The translations under genes and the position numbers were made by a program. From Fidelibacterota bacterium (lineage in GTDB: Bacteria; Fidelibacterota; Marinisomatia; Marinisomatales; S15-B10): a DNA stretch of 10,755 bases. The DNA is taken from the NCBI GenBank assembly GCA_046861655.1, contig JBHIAI010000058.1, positions 1-10,755 of the forward strand, read 5' to 3'. Positions 1 through 7,609 of the stretch are shown here, one piece after another. Under the pieces are notes generated by a model that was not told the DNA's origin, made no database searches, and worked only from the letters and a program-made list of their open reading frames with translations. The first letter of the stretch is position 1; each line of letters opens with the position of its first letter.

Positions 1-150
1 GATAGCCTGGGCACCCTGGAACCGGGGAAACTGGCCGACTTCGTGGTCCTTTCCCACAATCTTTTTGAGATTGAACCGTCAGTCATCGAGCATGTCCGGG
101 TTGTGAGGACCGTGGTAGGAGGCCAGGAACGCTTTGTGGCCGGGGAGTAG
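1..150 (+). CDS. Amidohydrolase family protein (Amidohydro_3/YtcJ-like), C-terminal fragment
   Basis: Frame 1 reads DSLGTLEPGKLADFVVLSHNLFEIEPSVIEHVRVVRTVVGGQERFVAGE*, with TAG at 148-150. GTLEPGKLADFVVL...TVVGG is the typical C-terminal signature of metal-dependent amidohydrolases. Truncated by the window edge. Confidence 0.88.
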   Translation, partial: DSLGTLEPGKLADFVVLSHNLFEIEPSVIEHVRVVRTVVGGQERFVAGE

Positions 151-180
151 GGCATAATCTCCAGCGGGGGGTGGGTTCCA

Positions 181-918
181 GTGCGGGAAGCGATCGACGC
201 CTACCTCCGGAGAGACATTCCTTTTCACGCCTTTGATCCCTACCATTCGTTCTCCCTGGTTGTCACCATAATCCTCGCCATAGGGCTTCCCCTATTCGCA
301 AAACGGAGGCTCGCCACCAAACAGCAGCACGTTGTGGGGGCAATCCTGGGGTGGCTCGTCATGGCCAGCTACGGAAGCTGGGTTGTTCTGGAAGGGATAG
401 CGGGTACTTTCGACCCGAAACTACATCTTCCGTTTCACCTGTGTAGATTTGCCAACCTCACCCTTCCTCTGGTCATGGTGAAACGGAGTTACCGGATGTA
501 CGAGATTCTGTATTTCTGGGGGCTTTCGGCCATGCTCCAGGCAAGTCTCACCCCGGATATTGTGCAGGGGTTCCCCCACTACCATTTCTTCCGGTTTTGG
601 GTGGCCCACAGCCTGATGATCGTGGCCCTGATATATGCCACTGTGGTCTACCGGATGCGACCCACTCTTCACAGCCTGGGGAAGGCCTTCCTGGCCCTGA
701 TCGTGTTTTTTCTGATCACCATTCCGGTGAATATTCTCCTGGGCGCAAACTACTTCTGGATCTGCGGAAAGCCGCCGGTTCCCAGTCTTCTGGATTACAT
801 GGGCCCCTGGCCCTGGTATACCCTGACCGCGGCGGCCGTGGCGCTGGCCCATTTCTATGCGGTGTATCTCCCTTTCTATGTGAAGGACAGGAGAAAAGGG
901 TGGGAATCAAAACCTTGA
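181..918 (+). CDS. YwaF/TIGR02206-type integral membrane protein
   Basis: 245 aa with several hydrophobic helices. Motifs LPFHLC, ASLTPD, FPHYHFFRFWVAH, GANYFW and SLLDYMGPWPWY match this family. GTG start follows a G-rich tract. Confidence 0.85.
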   Translation: MREAIDAYLRRDIPFHAFDPYHSFSLVVTIILAIGLPLFAKRRLATKQQHVVGAILGWLVMASYGSWVVLEGIAGTFDPKLHLPFHLCRFANLTLPLVMVKRSYRMYEILYFWGLSAMLQASLTPDIVQGFPHYHFFRFWVAHSLMIVALIYATVVYRMRPTLHSLGKAFLALIVFFLITIPVNILLGANYFWICGKPPVPSLLDYMGPWPWYTLTAAAVALAHFYAVYLPFYVKDRRKGWESKP

Positions 919-2388
919 AAAGGAAGTCAGAATGGCTACGATTTCATCCTGAAGCTGTCTGAATCGGGAGTTTTCGCCGACGTATCCATTCATCATGATG
1001 GAAAAAACCACCGTTTCGTTGTCCCGGGTGACCAGGTATCCCGACAGTGAACTGACCCCCTGAAGGGTGCCTGTCTTCGCTCTGGTTCTGTCCCGGAGCT
1101 CTTCGGCGGCCATCCTGGCCGACAGGGTGCCGTCTCCGCCCCCGATGGGAAGACTCGAGGAGAACTCCGGAAAGATTTTGAAGTTCTTGTACACCCAGAT
1201 TAGCAGATGGACCAGATGGTCCGGGCTCAAGAGGTTGTACCGGGAAACACCCGATCCGTCTGCCATCACGAGGGTAGTGGTATCCAGTTTCACTTCGTCT
1301 TGTAGGAAGGTTTTCACGGCCTGAAGTCCCGTCAGCCAGGTTCCCGTCGTGTCCGCGGTAACACTTCCCAACTTCTTTACCAGGAGCTCGGCAGTGAGGT
1401 TATCAGAATTCTTTAAGAGGTTTCTTACGGTTTCAGACAGGGGACGGGACCGGTGCAAAGACAACAGAATGGTGTCGGAGGGGATGGTGTCCTCCCTCAC
1501 GACTCCCTGAAACTCGATTCCCCTGGCCTGGATCAGTTCCTTCAGGACCGTTCCCGCGTAGAGAGGCGGACTTTCGATGGTGATGACGTGAGATTCGGGA
1601 CGCGACCCGGCGGGTACATCTCCAGTGACTTCAATGACGTTTTCCCTGGTTTTCCACCGCCGGGTAACTTTGATGGGATGGTACACGGAATCCTGCCCCA
1701 CAGTGACCGCGTTGACAGTGACCGAGGCGTACCCGGTCGGTGGTTCGAGTCTTGCCCGGGCAGCGTCGCCCACGCTTTTGCCCGGACTGATATGAACCAC
1801 CACACAATTATCATTCAGAGTCATAGCACTGACCGGCGCGGCGTACCGGTAGGGCACGTCGTCCCACATCCATCCTGGACCGCGCTGGTCGGTGTCGAAT
1901 TCGCTAGCGTCCACCACCAAATCACCGACCACGGTCGCAATGTTCTGAAGTTCAAGGTCCTCCGTCATGCGGTCAAGATCCTGGTGGGTCAGGTCAGGAT
2001 CCCCCCCGGCCCGGAGATAAAGATTGTGGGGAACCGTGTCTGACACGAAACTGGAATCGGCGTACAGGGCGGTCCTGAAACGGTAGTATGGACCCAGAAT
2101 GTGAAGAGCTGCTGCGGCGGTAAACAGTTTCATATTGCTCGCAGGGGTGAACCGGTGGGTGGAATTCCTCTCATAAAGGATCTCACCGGTTTTGAGCGAG
2201 ACGGCCTTCATCCCGAAGGTGAGATCAGGATCTGTTCTGGTGACGGCCCCGTCGATTTGCTCTTTCAGCTGAGCTACCTCGCGGGAGGTGAGTCTTGGAG
2301 TGACCCAACCGCTCCGGAACGCACAGCTTCCCGTGAAGAGAATCATCACGAACGCAAACAGGAGTCTAAGACGGCGGGCCGAGGGCAT
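907..2388 (-). CDS. dacB: D-alanyl-D-alanine carboxypeptidase/endopeptidase (PBP4, peptidase S13), probable lipoprotein
   Basis: SxxK (PASNMK), SxN (NSDN) and KTG (AKTGTL) catalytic motifs, plus GGDPDL, GWMWDD and DGSGVSRYN S13 motifs. N-terminal signal peptide ends in a lipobox-like FTGSC. Confidence 0.93.
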   Translation of the reverse strand: MPSARRLRLLFAFVMILFTGSCAFRSGWVTPRLTSREVAQLKEQIDGAVTRTDPDLTFGMKAVSLKTGEILYERNSTHRFTPASNMKLFTAAAALHILGPYYRFRTALYADSSFVSDTVPHNLYLRAGGDPDLTHQDLDRMTEDLELQNIATVVGDLVVDASEFDTDQRGPGWMWDDVPYRYAAPVSAMTLNDNCVVVHISPGKSVGDAARARLEPPTGYASVTVNAVTVGQDSVYHPIKVTRRWKTRENVIEVTGDVPAGSRPESHVITIESPPLYAGTVLKELIQARGIEFQGVVREDTIPSDTILLSLHRSRPLSETVRNLLKNSDNLTAELLVKKLGSVTADTTGTWLTGLQAVKTFLQDEVKLDTTTLVMADGSGVSRYNLLSPDHLVHLLIWVYKNFKIFPEFSSSLPIGGGDGTLSARMAAEELRDRTRAKTGTLQGVSSLSGYLVTRDNETVVFSIMMNGYVGENSRFRQLQDEIVAILTSFSRF

Positions 2389-2399
2389 TTGGTTCAGTC

Positions 2400-3971
2400 C
2401 TACAGGGTAATCTGCTTTACCTCAAGGATTTCCGGAACCCGGCTAAGATCCTTCAGGGTGCTGTCATTCAGGGGGCTGTCCAGTCTCATGATGCCGAAGG
2501 CCACCCTGGCGTCCTCTTTCCGGCCCAGGAGATAACCGGCGATGTTGATGCCGTGGTTCCCCAGAAACGTTCCCACCTTCCCCACCACGCCGGGCACGTC
2601 CTTATTGTACATCATGAGAAGGATTCCCCGGGGTTCGAGATCCAGGTGGAATCCGTTGAAGTAGACCACCCTGGGGTGTTTTTCGGAAAACAAACTTCCG
2701 CGGATGGTCAGGGAATCGTCCCCCGCCACCACCGTCGCTGAGATCAGGTTGGAATAGTCGGTATCCCCGTGGCTGTAGGTTTCCTGTATCTGAATGCCGT
2801 GGGATTCAGCTACGACCGCGGCATTCACGTAATTCACGGTGTTGGCGTGGACTTCATCCAGAAACCCTTTGAGGAAGGCCAGGGTCACCAGTTTCACGTT
2901 TTCCAATGACCCGTGAGTCTGGACCTGGATTCTTTCCACCGGCCGGGGACCCACCTGCTGTAGAATGGTTCCCAGTTTTTCGGCCAGATCCAGGTGAGGT
3001 TTGAGAGTGGTCAACAGGGAGAAATCGGCAACAGGTAGGTTGAGGGCACTCGCCACCCTACCTTCCAGAAGGAAGTCTCTCACCTGCTCGCAGATAACTC
3101 TTGACACCCCTTCTCTGGCCTCCCGGGTGGAGGCCCCCAGATGGGGAGTGAACAGGATGTTTCTGGCTTTGAGCAAAGGACTGTCCCCGGCAGGTTCGTT
3201 TTCGAAGACGTCCACAGCGGCCCCGGCGATTATCCCCTGATCCAGGGCTTCCCGGAGGTCCTTTTCCACCACGACCTCTCCCCGGGCACAATTGATTAAG
3301 AATGCGGTGGGTTTCATCGATTTCAATCGTGACAGATCAAACATTCGCTGGGTGGTGTCCGTGAGGGGAACATGAAGGGTGACGATGTCGCTTTCCTTAC
3401 ACAGGGTGCCCAAATCCACCTGGTAAACACCATCCACCTCAATCTGGGATTTCTTGACGTAGGGATCATAGCCCACAATCTTCATGCCAAAACCGTGAAG
3501 GCGTTTGATCACTTCCGTTCCTACCTTGCCCAGGCCAACCACGCCGAGAGTTTTTCCCCGAAGCTCCGAGCCCAGGTAGGAGGCGTGTTCCCATTTGCCC
3601 TCACGGAGGGACGCGTATCCCCAGGGAACGTTCTTCACCTGACTCAGGATGAGGGCGATGGTGTGTTCGGCTGCGGAAACCGTGTTGACTCCCGGGGTGT
3701 TCATGACCACCACTCCGTTGAGAGTGGCGGCGTCCATATCGATGTTATCCACGCCCACCCCCGCCCGGCCGATCACTTTCAGATGCCTGGCGCCGGCGAT
3801 GAGATCCCCGGTTGCCCGGGTTCCACTTCTCAGAATCCATCCATCCACTGCACTGAGATCCTTGCGCAAGGAGTGGGATGCGTCCTGGGATCTGTCGATA
3901 ATCTCAATCCCGGCCTCCGTCAATACGCTCTTTCCCGCAGAGGAGACCGGATCGGTGATAAGGACTTTCAC
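2400..3971 (-). CDS. serA: D-3-phosphoglycerate dehydrogenase, long type with C-terminal regulatory (ASB + ACT-like) domains
   Basis: Motifs GRAGVGVDNID, GLGKVG (Rossmann), INCARG and TPHLGAST, and an ACT-like NKDVPGVVGKVGTFLGNHGINIA. Start reassigned to GTG at 3971 (523 aa), which follows AGGAG and overlaps the upstream TGA (GTGA). Confidence 0.94.
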   Translation of the reverse strand: MKVLITDPVSSAGKSVLTEAGIEIIDRSQDASHSLRKDLSAVDGWILRSGTRATGDLIAGARHLKVIGRAGVGVDNIDMDAATLNGVVVMNTPGVNTVSAAEHTIALILSQVKNVPWGYASLREGKWEHASYLGSELRGKTLGVVGLGKVGTEVIKRLHGFGMKIVGYDPYVKKSQIEVDGVYQVDLGTLCKESDIVTLHVPLTDTTQRMFDLSRLKSMKPTAFLINCARGEVVVEKDLREALDQGIIAGAAVDVFENEPAGDSPLLKARNILFTPHLGASTREAREGVSRVICEQVRDFLLEGRVASALNLPVADFSLLTTLKPHLDLAEKLGTILQQVGPRPVERIQVQTHGSLENVKLVTLAFLKGFLDEVHANTVNYVNAAVVAESHGIQIQETYSHGDTDYSNLISATVVAGDDSLTIRGSLFSEKHPRVVYFNGFHLDLEPRGILLMMYNKDVPGVVGKVGTFLGNHGINIAGYLLGRKEDARVAFGIMRLDSPLNDSTLKDLSRVPEILEVKQITL

Positions 3972-5053
3972 GCCCCCATCTCCTGGAGGGTTTGATCCAT
4001 GACCGTCAAGAGTTCGTCCAGGTCCCACATCTGGAGATCCCCCATGTGGGCTATGCGGAATGTTTTCCCCTTCAGGGGACCGTATCCTCCCGAAATCCGG
4101 TACCCTTTGTCCAGGACTCCGGCAATCAGTTTAGACGTATTGATGTCGAGGGTGTTCTCAACGCATGTAACCGTATCGGATTCATACCCTTGTTCCGCGA
4201 ACAGGCCGAAGCGGTCCCCGGACCAGGAGCGAACCCGACGTGCCAGGTCCTTGTGTCTGGAGAACCGCTTCTCCAGTCCTTCTTCCTCGATCCGCTTCAA
4301 CTGTGTCCGCAGGGCGTACAGATGGGGAATCGATGGGGTTGTGGGAGTCTGGTATTTCCGGGCGTACGACTCCATGATCTGAAAATCGAAATAGTACCCT
4401 TTGGCGGTCAACTGGGAACTGCGCTCAAGGGTCCTGGACGACACGGAACAAACGGAGAATCCGGGAGGGAGTGCCCACCCTTTTTGGACGCTCGCCAGAG
4501 CCACATCGATGCCGAGGGCATCCACTTCCACTTTCACACTGGCCATGGAACTTACCATGTCCACCAGGAACAGGACGTCTGGAAAATCTCGAACGACATC
4601 CGCGATGGCATCCAGGGGATTCATGACACCGGTGGAGGTTTCGTTGTGGACGACCGTCACCGCGTCGTAGTCTCCCGTCCGCAGGGCGTTCTGGACCAGG
4701 TCGGGTTTTATGGCCCGGCCCGGTTCCACACGGAAGGGGTCACAAGGGAGTCCGGATGCCGCCGTGATCCGGTGCCACCTCTCGGAAAAGGCGCCGCAGA
4801 CGAAATTCGCGCACCGCTTCTTCACTGTGTTCCTTACCGCCGCTTCCATCAGCCCGGTTCCGGAACAGGTCGCCAGGTAAATCCGGTTTCGGGTGAAAAG
4901 GATCTCTTGAATCCCTGACTCCAGCTCCCGGTAAAGCTCAGAGAATTCCCCGGATCTGTGACCGATGGGATAGTCACCCAAACTCCCCAGCACAGCCTTT
5001 TCAACATGGACGGGCCCTGGAATGAATAGCTTCGGTTTTGACGGACGGGTCAC
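3968..5053 (-). CDS. Class V PLP-dependent aminotransferase (alanine-glyoxylate/serine-pyruvate type); likely phosphoserine aminotransferase by context
   Basis: Motifs LFIPGP, IGHRS, SGTGLME, VHNETSTGV, VDMVSS, SVQKG (PLP lysine) and FRIAHMG. Start reassigned to GTG at 5053 (361 aa), overlapping the DUF1015 stop (GTGA). Confidence 0.9.
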   Translation of the reverse strand: MTRPSKPKLFIPGPVHVEKAVLGSLGDYPIGHRSGEFSELYRELESGIQEILFTRNRIYLATCSGTGLMEAAVRNTVKKRCANFVCGAFSERWHRITAASGLPCDPFRVEPGRAIKPDLVQNALRTGDYDAVTVVHNETSTGVMNPLDAIADVVRDFPDVLFLVDMVSSMASVKVEVDALGIDVALASVQKGWALPPGFSVCSVSSRTLERSSQLTAKGYYFDFQIMESYARKYQTPTTPSIPHLYALRTQLKRIEEEGLEKRFSRHKDLARRVRSWSGDRFGLFAEQGYESDTVTCVENTLDINTSKLIAGVLDKGYRISGGYGPLKGKTFRIAHMGDLQMWDLDELLTVMDQTLQEMGA

Positions 5054-6312
5054 TGTGATCTGAGAGAATGCATGACGATTCCATCGGGGCATTTTGGGTA
5101 GAAATAGGTCGATTTTTGTGGGAGAACTCCTCCCCGGTCCGTGACGGACAAGAGATCCTCCATGGATACAGGGTTCACGAGGATCGCCATCTGGAACTCC
5201 CCCCGTGCCACAGCTTTCACACATGCTTCCCTGTCGTGAAAATAGGATATAATCTTCTGACGTGCAATTCCGGAGGAGGGAAGTTTCAGGACCTTTTCCA
5301 GGATGATGCGGTCTACAAGGATGGGCGACAGCGGTACTGCGGAAAGGGGTTCAATCTCTCCTTCCAACCGGTGAAGAATCTCCCTTCTTATCCTGAAGGT
5401 CACAGGATCCCGGGTCCCGTACACCAGGGATAGGGTTGGCAGTGATGGGTCGTCTTCCCCTGACGGCGCAGGATCGAAAAATTGCCTGAGACGGTTCTCG
5501 AAGGAGACAGGGTCAAAATCATCCACCTGGCGAACGGCCCGGTGAACAGGAAGGATAGCCAGCCCGGGAGAGGAAGCCGGCAGAAAAAGGCCCATTACCC
5601 AGCCTGAATCGATGGATGGGTCGAGGGGATTTCTGCGACGAAGGGCCAAACAGGCTGCGTAACGGTGGTGTCCGTCGGCGATGAGGACCGGCCTGGGTTT
5701 CAAGTATGCCTGGAACCGTTCAATCCAATGGGCGTTCGTGGTGAACGAAACGTGAATGGTGACATTCTCATCATCGGGGCCCACGGCTCTGGTCTGCGAG
5801 TCCGGATTGAAACTGGACTCCAGGGATGCGGTGTCCTCCGGGCTATCGGGATACACGAAGAGGATAGGTCCGGGATTAAGGCCTGTTTTTTCCAGAAATC
5901 TCAGGCGATCCTCCCGGGCTTCGGGGTGGATGTTCTCGTGCCTCCGCACCCCTTGTGGAGAGTAGTCCTCCAGGCGAAGGACGGCCACGAATCCAACGCG
6001 GGTGACCTTTCGCCGCGAGGAACCGAAGATTTCGTGAATCCTCCAGATGGCGGCTCCTTTGTTTCTCACCACTATGTTCCTTTTCTGCCACTCGTCCCAT
6101 GATTCGGCCGCACGGGTGTAGGAGCGACCTCTTTTTCTTGAGGGGGGCCAAGTGGGAAGGGTCAGGGCGCTGATGTTGAACTCGTTGGCTTTCTGGAAAC
6201 GGCGAGCCGTTTCCGCTGAGATAACGTCATACGGTGGAGCGATGACAGGGGAGAGGTCCGGAAATATTTCCGGGTTGTAGACAAGGCCCCTGAATGGACG
6301 GACATCTACCAT
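5050..6312 (-). CDS. DUF1015 family protein
   Basis: 420 aa with the motifs RPFRG, APPYDVIS, RHE, IADGHHRY, ILPVHR and LPQKSTYFYPK characteristic of DUF1015. GGGGAG lies upstream of the ATG. Confidence 0.92.
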   Translation of the reverse strand: MVDVRPFRGLVYNPEIFPDLSPVIAPPYDVISAETARRFQKANEFNISALTLPTWPPSRKRGRSYTRAAESWDEWQKRNIVVRNKGAAIWRIHEIFGSSRRKVTRVGFVAVLRLEDYSPQGVRRHENIHPEAREDRLRFLEKTGLNPGPILFVYPDSPEDTASLESSFNPDSQTRAVGPDDENVTIHVSFTTNAHWIERFQAYLKPRPVLIADGHHRYAACLALRRRNPLDPSIDSGWVMGLFLPASSPGLAILPVHRAVRQVDDFDPVSFENRLRQFFDPAPSGEDDPSLPTLSLVYGTRDPVTFRIRREILHRLEGEIEPLSAVPLSPILVDRIILEKVLKLPSSGIARQKIISYFHDREACVKAVARGEFQMAILVNPVSMEDLLSVTDRGGVLPQKSTYFYPKCPDGIVMHSLRSQ

Positions 6313-6333
6313 GTTCCCATATTCTCCCCGAGA

Positions 6334-6362
6334 AATTTACGTGTTGAATGTCCGACGGCTAA
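6334..6362 (-). promoter_or_regulatory. Possible sigma70-type promoter for the DUF1015 operon
   Basis: Minus strand reads TTAGCC-17 nt-TAAATT, ending 21 nt before the ATG at 6312. The -35 match is weak. Confidence 0.35.
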
Positions 6363-6407
6363 GGCCTTTTTTGGGAATGATTGATTAGCTGGACTTTTGT
6401 ATATTGA

Positions 6408-6860
6408 TTGCAGGTGAGAAAAGACCTGGACATTCCTGAGCACCCGAAAGCCATCCCCATCACACCTTTCACATTCAGGTTGACGGAAGAGGATATTCGC
6501 CGCTACTGGGACCAGATCATCCGCTTTCCCGTGGAGGAAGAGGGGGATATCCTGAGGAGGCTGCCCGGCAAGCTGAGATCGCTCATGCGGGTGAAAACGT
6601 TTTCCAGTTTCATGCTGGATCTGGTTAACGATGTGGAACTGTTGTACCAGGCCATCGCTGGAAATCAGGTCCGCTCCAGTCTTGCCCGTAGAATGATTCT
6701 GTTTGCCCTTAATTATTTTATCGAGATTGAGGATGAGATACCGGACCAGATCGATATTCTGGGCTACGTGGACGATTCTGTGGTGGTTCGCTGGGTGGTC
6801 AACGAGGTGCTTGAGGAATACCCTGAAATCCTGGAGACCAGGAAGGAGGAAGGGGCTTAG
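6408..6860 (+). CDS. YkvA/DUF1232-like protein
   Basis: C-terminal ALNYFIEIEDEIPDQIDILGYVDD resembles the YkvA motif Y...DLIPD...GYLDD. Start uncertain (TTG 6408 or in-frame GTG 6414). Confidence 0.78.
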   Translation: MQVRKDLDIPEHPKAIPITPFTFRLTEEDIRRYWDQIIRFPVEEEGDILRRLPGKLRSLMRVKTFSSFMLDLVNDVELLYQAIAGNQVRSSLARRMILFALNYFIEIEDEIPDQIDILGYVDDSVVVRWVVNEVLEEYPEILETRKEEGA

Positions 6861-7051
6861 GGTACTTCCTCATCTTCGAATTGCCATCTGCAGGACCCAC
6901 ACCACCACGGCTTACCCATGTAGTCGGGACGGTTTTCGTTGAGGGTGAGGGGATTCCCGCACCGGGGGCACTTTTTCTCGGTTCCCTCAGGGGGCCACGT
7001 GTAGTCCGGTTTGAAGCGGATGGGGGGATCGAATGTTCCGAATTCATCCAT
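6857..7051 (-). CDS. Small four-cysteine zinc-ribbon protein (64 aa)
   Basis: ATG start, CPRC...CGSC pair, fills an otherwise empty gap, and its stop overlaps the convergent YkvA-like stop (TTAG, 6857-6860). Confidence 0.72.
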   Translation of the reverse strand: MDEFGTFDPPIRFKPDYTWPPEGTEKKCPRCGNPLTLNENRPDYMGKPWWCGSCRWQFEDEEVP

Positions 7052-7087
7052 GCCTTAATTTACTAAGGGCCTCTGGCAAAAAGGAAA

Positions 7088-7093
7088 TACTAT
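7088..7093 (+). promoter_or_regulatory. Possible -10 element (TACTAT) for the structured RNA/TPR transcript
   Basis: TAnnnT hexamer in an AT-rich patch, 4 nt before the first stem of the structured region. No clear -35. Confidence 0.4.
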
Positions 7094-7097
7094 GAAG

Positions 7098-7259
7098 GTT
7101 CCAGGGGCATCAGAAACTTGTGACACAGCCTGGGCGGTCACGTAAGGCAGTGAATACCAGAATGTATCTGTTCAGCCCTCCACCGGGGTCGGGATTCTTG
7201 GCGGGTTATCAAGACCCCAAGGTTGGAAACCGTTTTGACGGTTTCTCCCTTTGGGGAAC
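7098..7259 (+). ncRNA. Structured non-coding RNA candidate (6S-like rod or cis-regulatory leader)
   Basis: Nested pairings found by eye: 7098-7102/7255-7259, 7112-7117/7241-7246, 7126-7139/7213-7225 (imperfect), 7157-7163/7194-7201 and 7175-7179/7185-7189, with an unpaired central bubble. Identity not established. Confidence 0.45.
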
Positions 7260-7267
7260 AAGCTGAT

Positions 7268-7609
7268 ATGACCGCCAGAGAGTCCTCGCCGTCTTCTATT
7301 GACAGAATCAAGGAGCTGCTCGAGTATTATCCTGATGATGTCCTCCTGTTGATCACCCTGGGAAGAGGGTATATGCAGCAGGGTCAGTACCGGGAAGCGG
7401 AGGAAGCATTCCTTCGGGCGGTAGATCTTGATCCGGCCTATTCCGTCGCCTACCGGTACCTGGCTCAAGCTTATGAAAAAAGTGGAAACGTGACGGGTGC
7501 GGCCGAGACGTACGAGCATGGGATCCGGGTGGCACGGGGCCAGGGGGACATGCAGGCGGCGAAGGAGATGAAAGTGTTTCTGAAGAGACTCACCAGGGAC
7601 CGCCGTTAG
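7268..7609 (+). CDS. Small tetratricopeptide-repeat protein
   Basis: TPR motifs (LGRGYMQQGQYREAEEAFLRAVDLDPAYSVAYRYLAQAY) and a C-terminal GDMQAAKEMKVFLKRL helix. ATG 7268, which follows GGGGA, is preferred over TTG 7223 (113 aa). Confidence 0.85.
   Translation: MTARESSPSSIDRIKELLEYYPDDVLLLITLGRGYMQQGQYREAEEAFLRAVDLDPAYSVAYRYLAQAYEKSGNVTGAAETYEHGIRVARGQGDMQAAKEMKVFLKRLTRDRR

Noticed and set aside
142..180. GGGGAGTAG resembling the yybP-ykoY riboswitch 5' motif ahead of a membrane protein
   Set aside because: It is the last codons and stop of the amidohydrolase, and the 30-nt gap lacks the rest of the aptamer.
3992..4918. 308-aa plus-strand ORF, and other long antisense ORFs (1453-2043, 3372-3995, 5665-6102, 8982-9719)
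   Set aside because: They lie opposite well-supported genes and have no recognisable motifs. Stop-poor antisense frames are expected in GC-rich coding DNA.
6306..6320. Mini-ORF ATG GGA ACA TGG TAG overlapping the DUF1015 start on the minus strand
   Set aside because: It has four codons, no serine codons, a too-short SD spacing (3 nt) and no attenuator structure, so it is probably chance.
7205..7214. TTATCAAGA resembling the start of a SAM-I riboswitch
   Set aside because: The following GAGGGA, GGCCC, GCAACC and GTGC elements and the closing GAT strand are absent.
7098..7259. tRNA, SRP RNA, tmRNA or RNase P identity for the structured region
   Set aside because: No GTTCRA T-loop or cloverleaf, no SRP CAGG-GNRA-AGCAG motif, no GAGGAAAGTCC, and too short for tmRNA.
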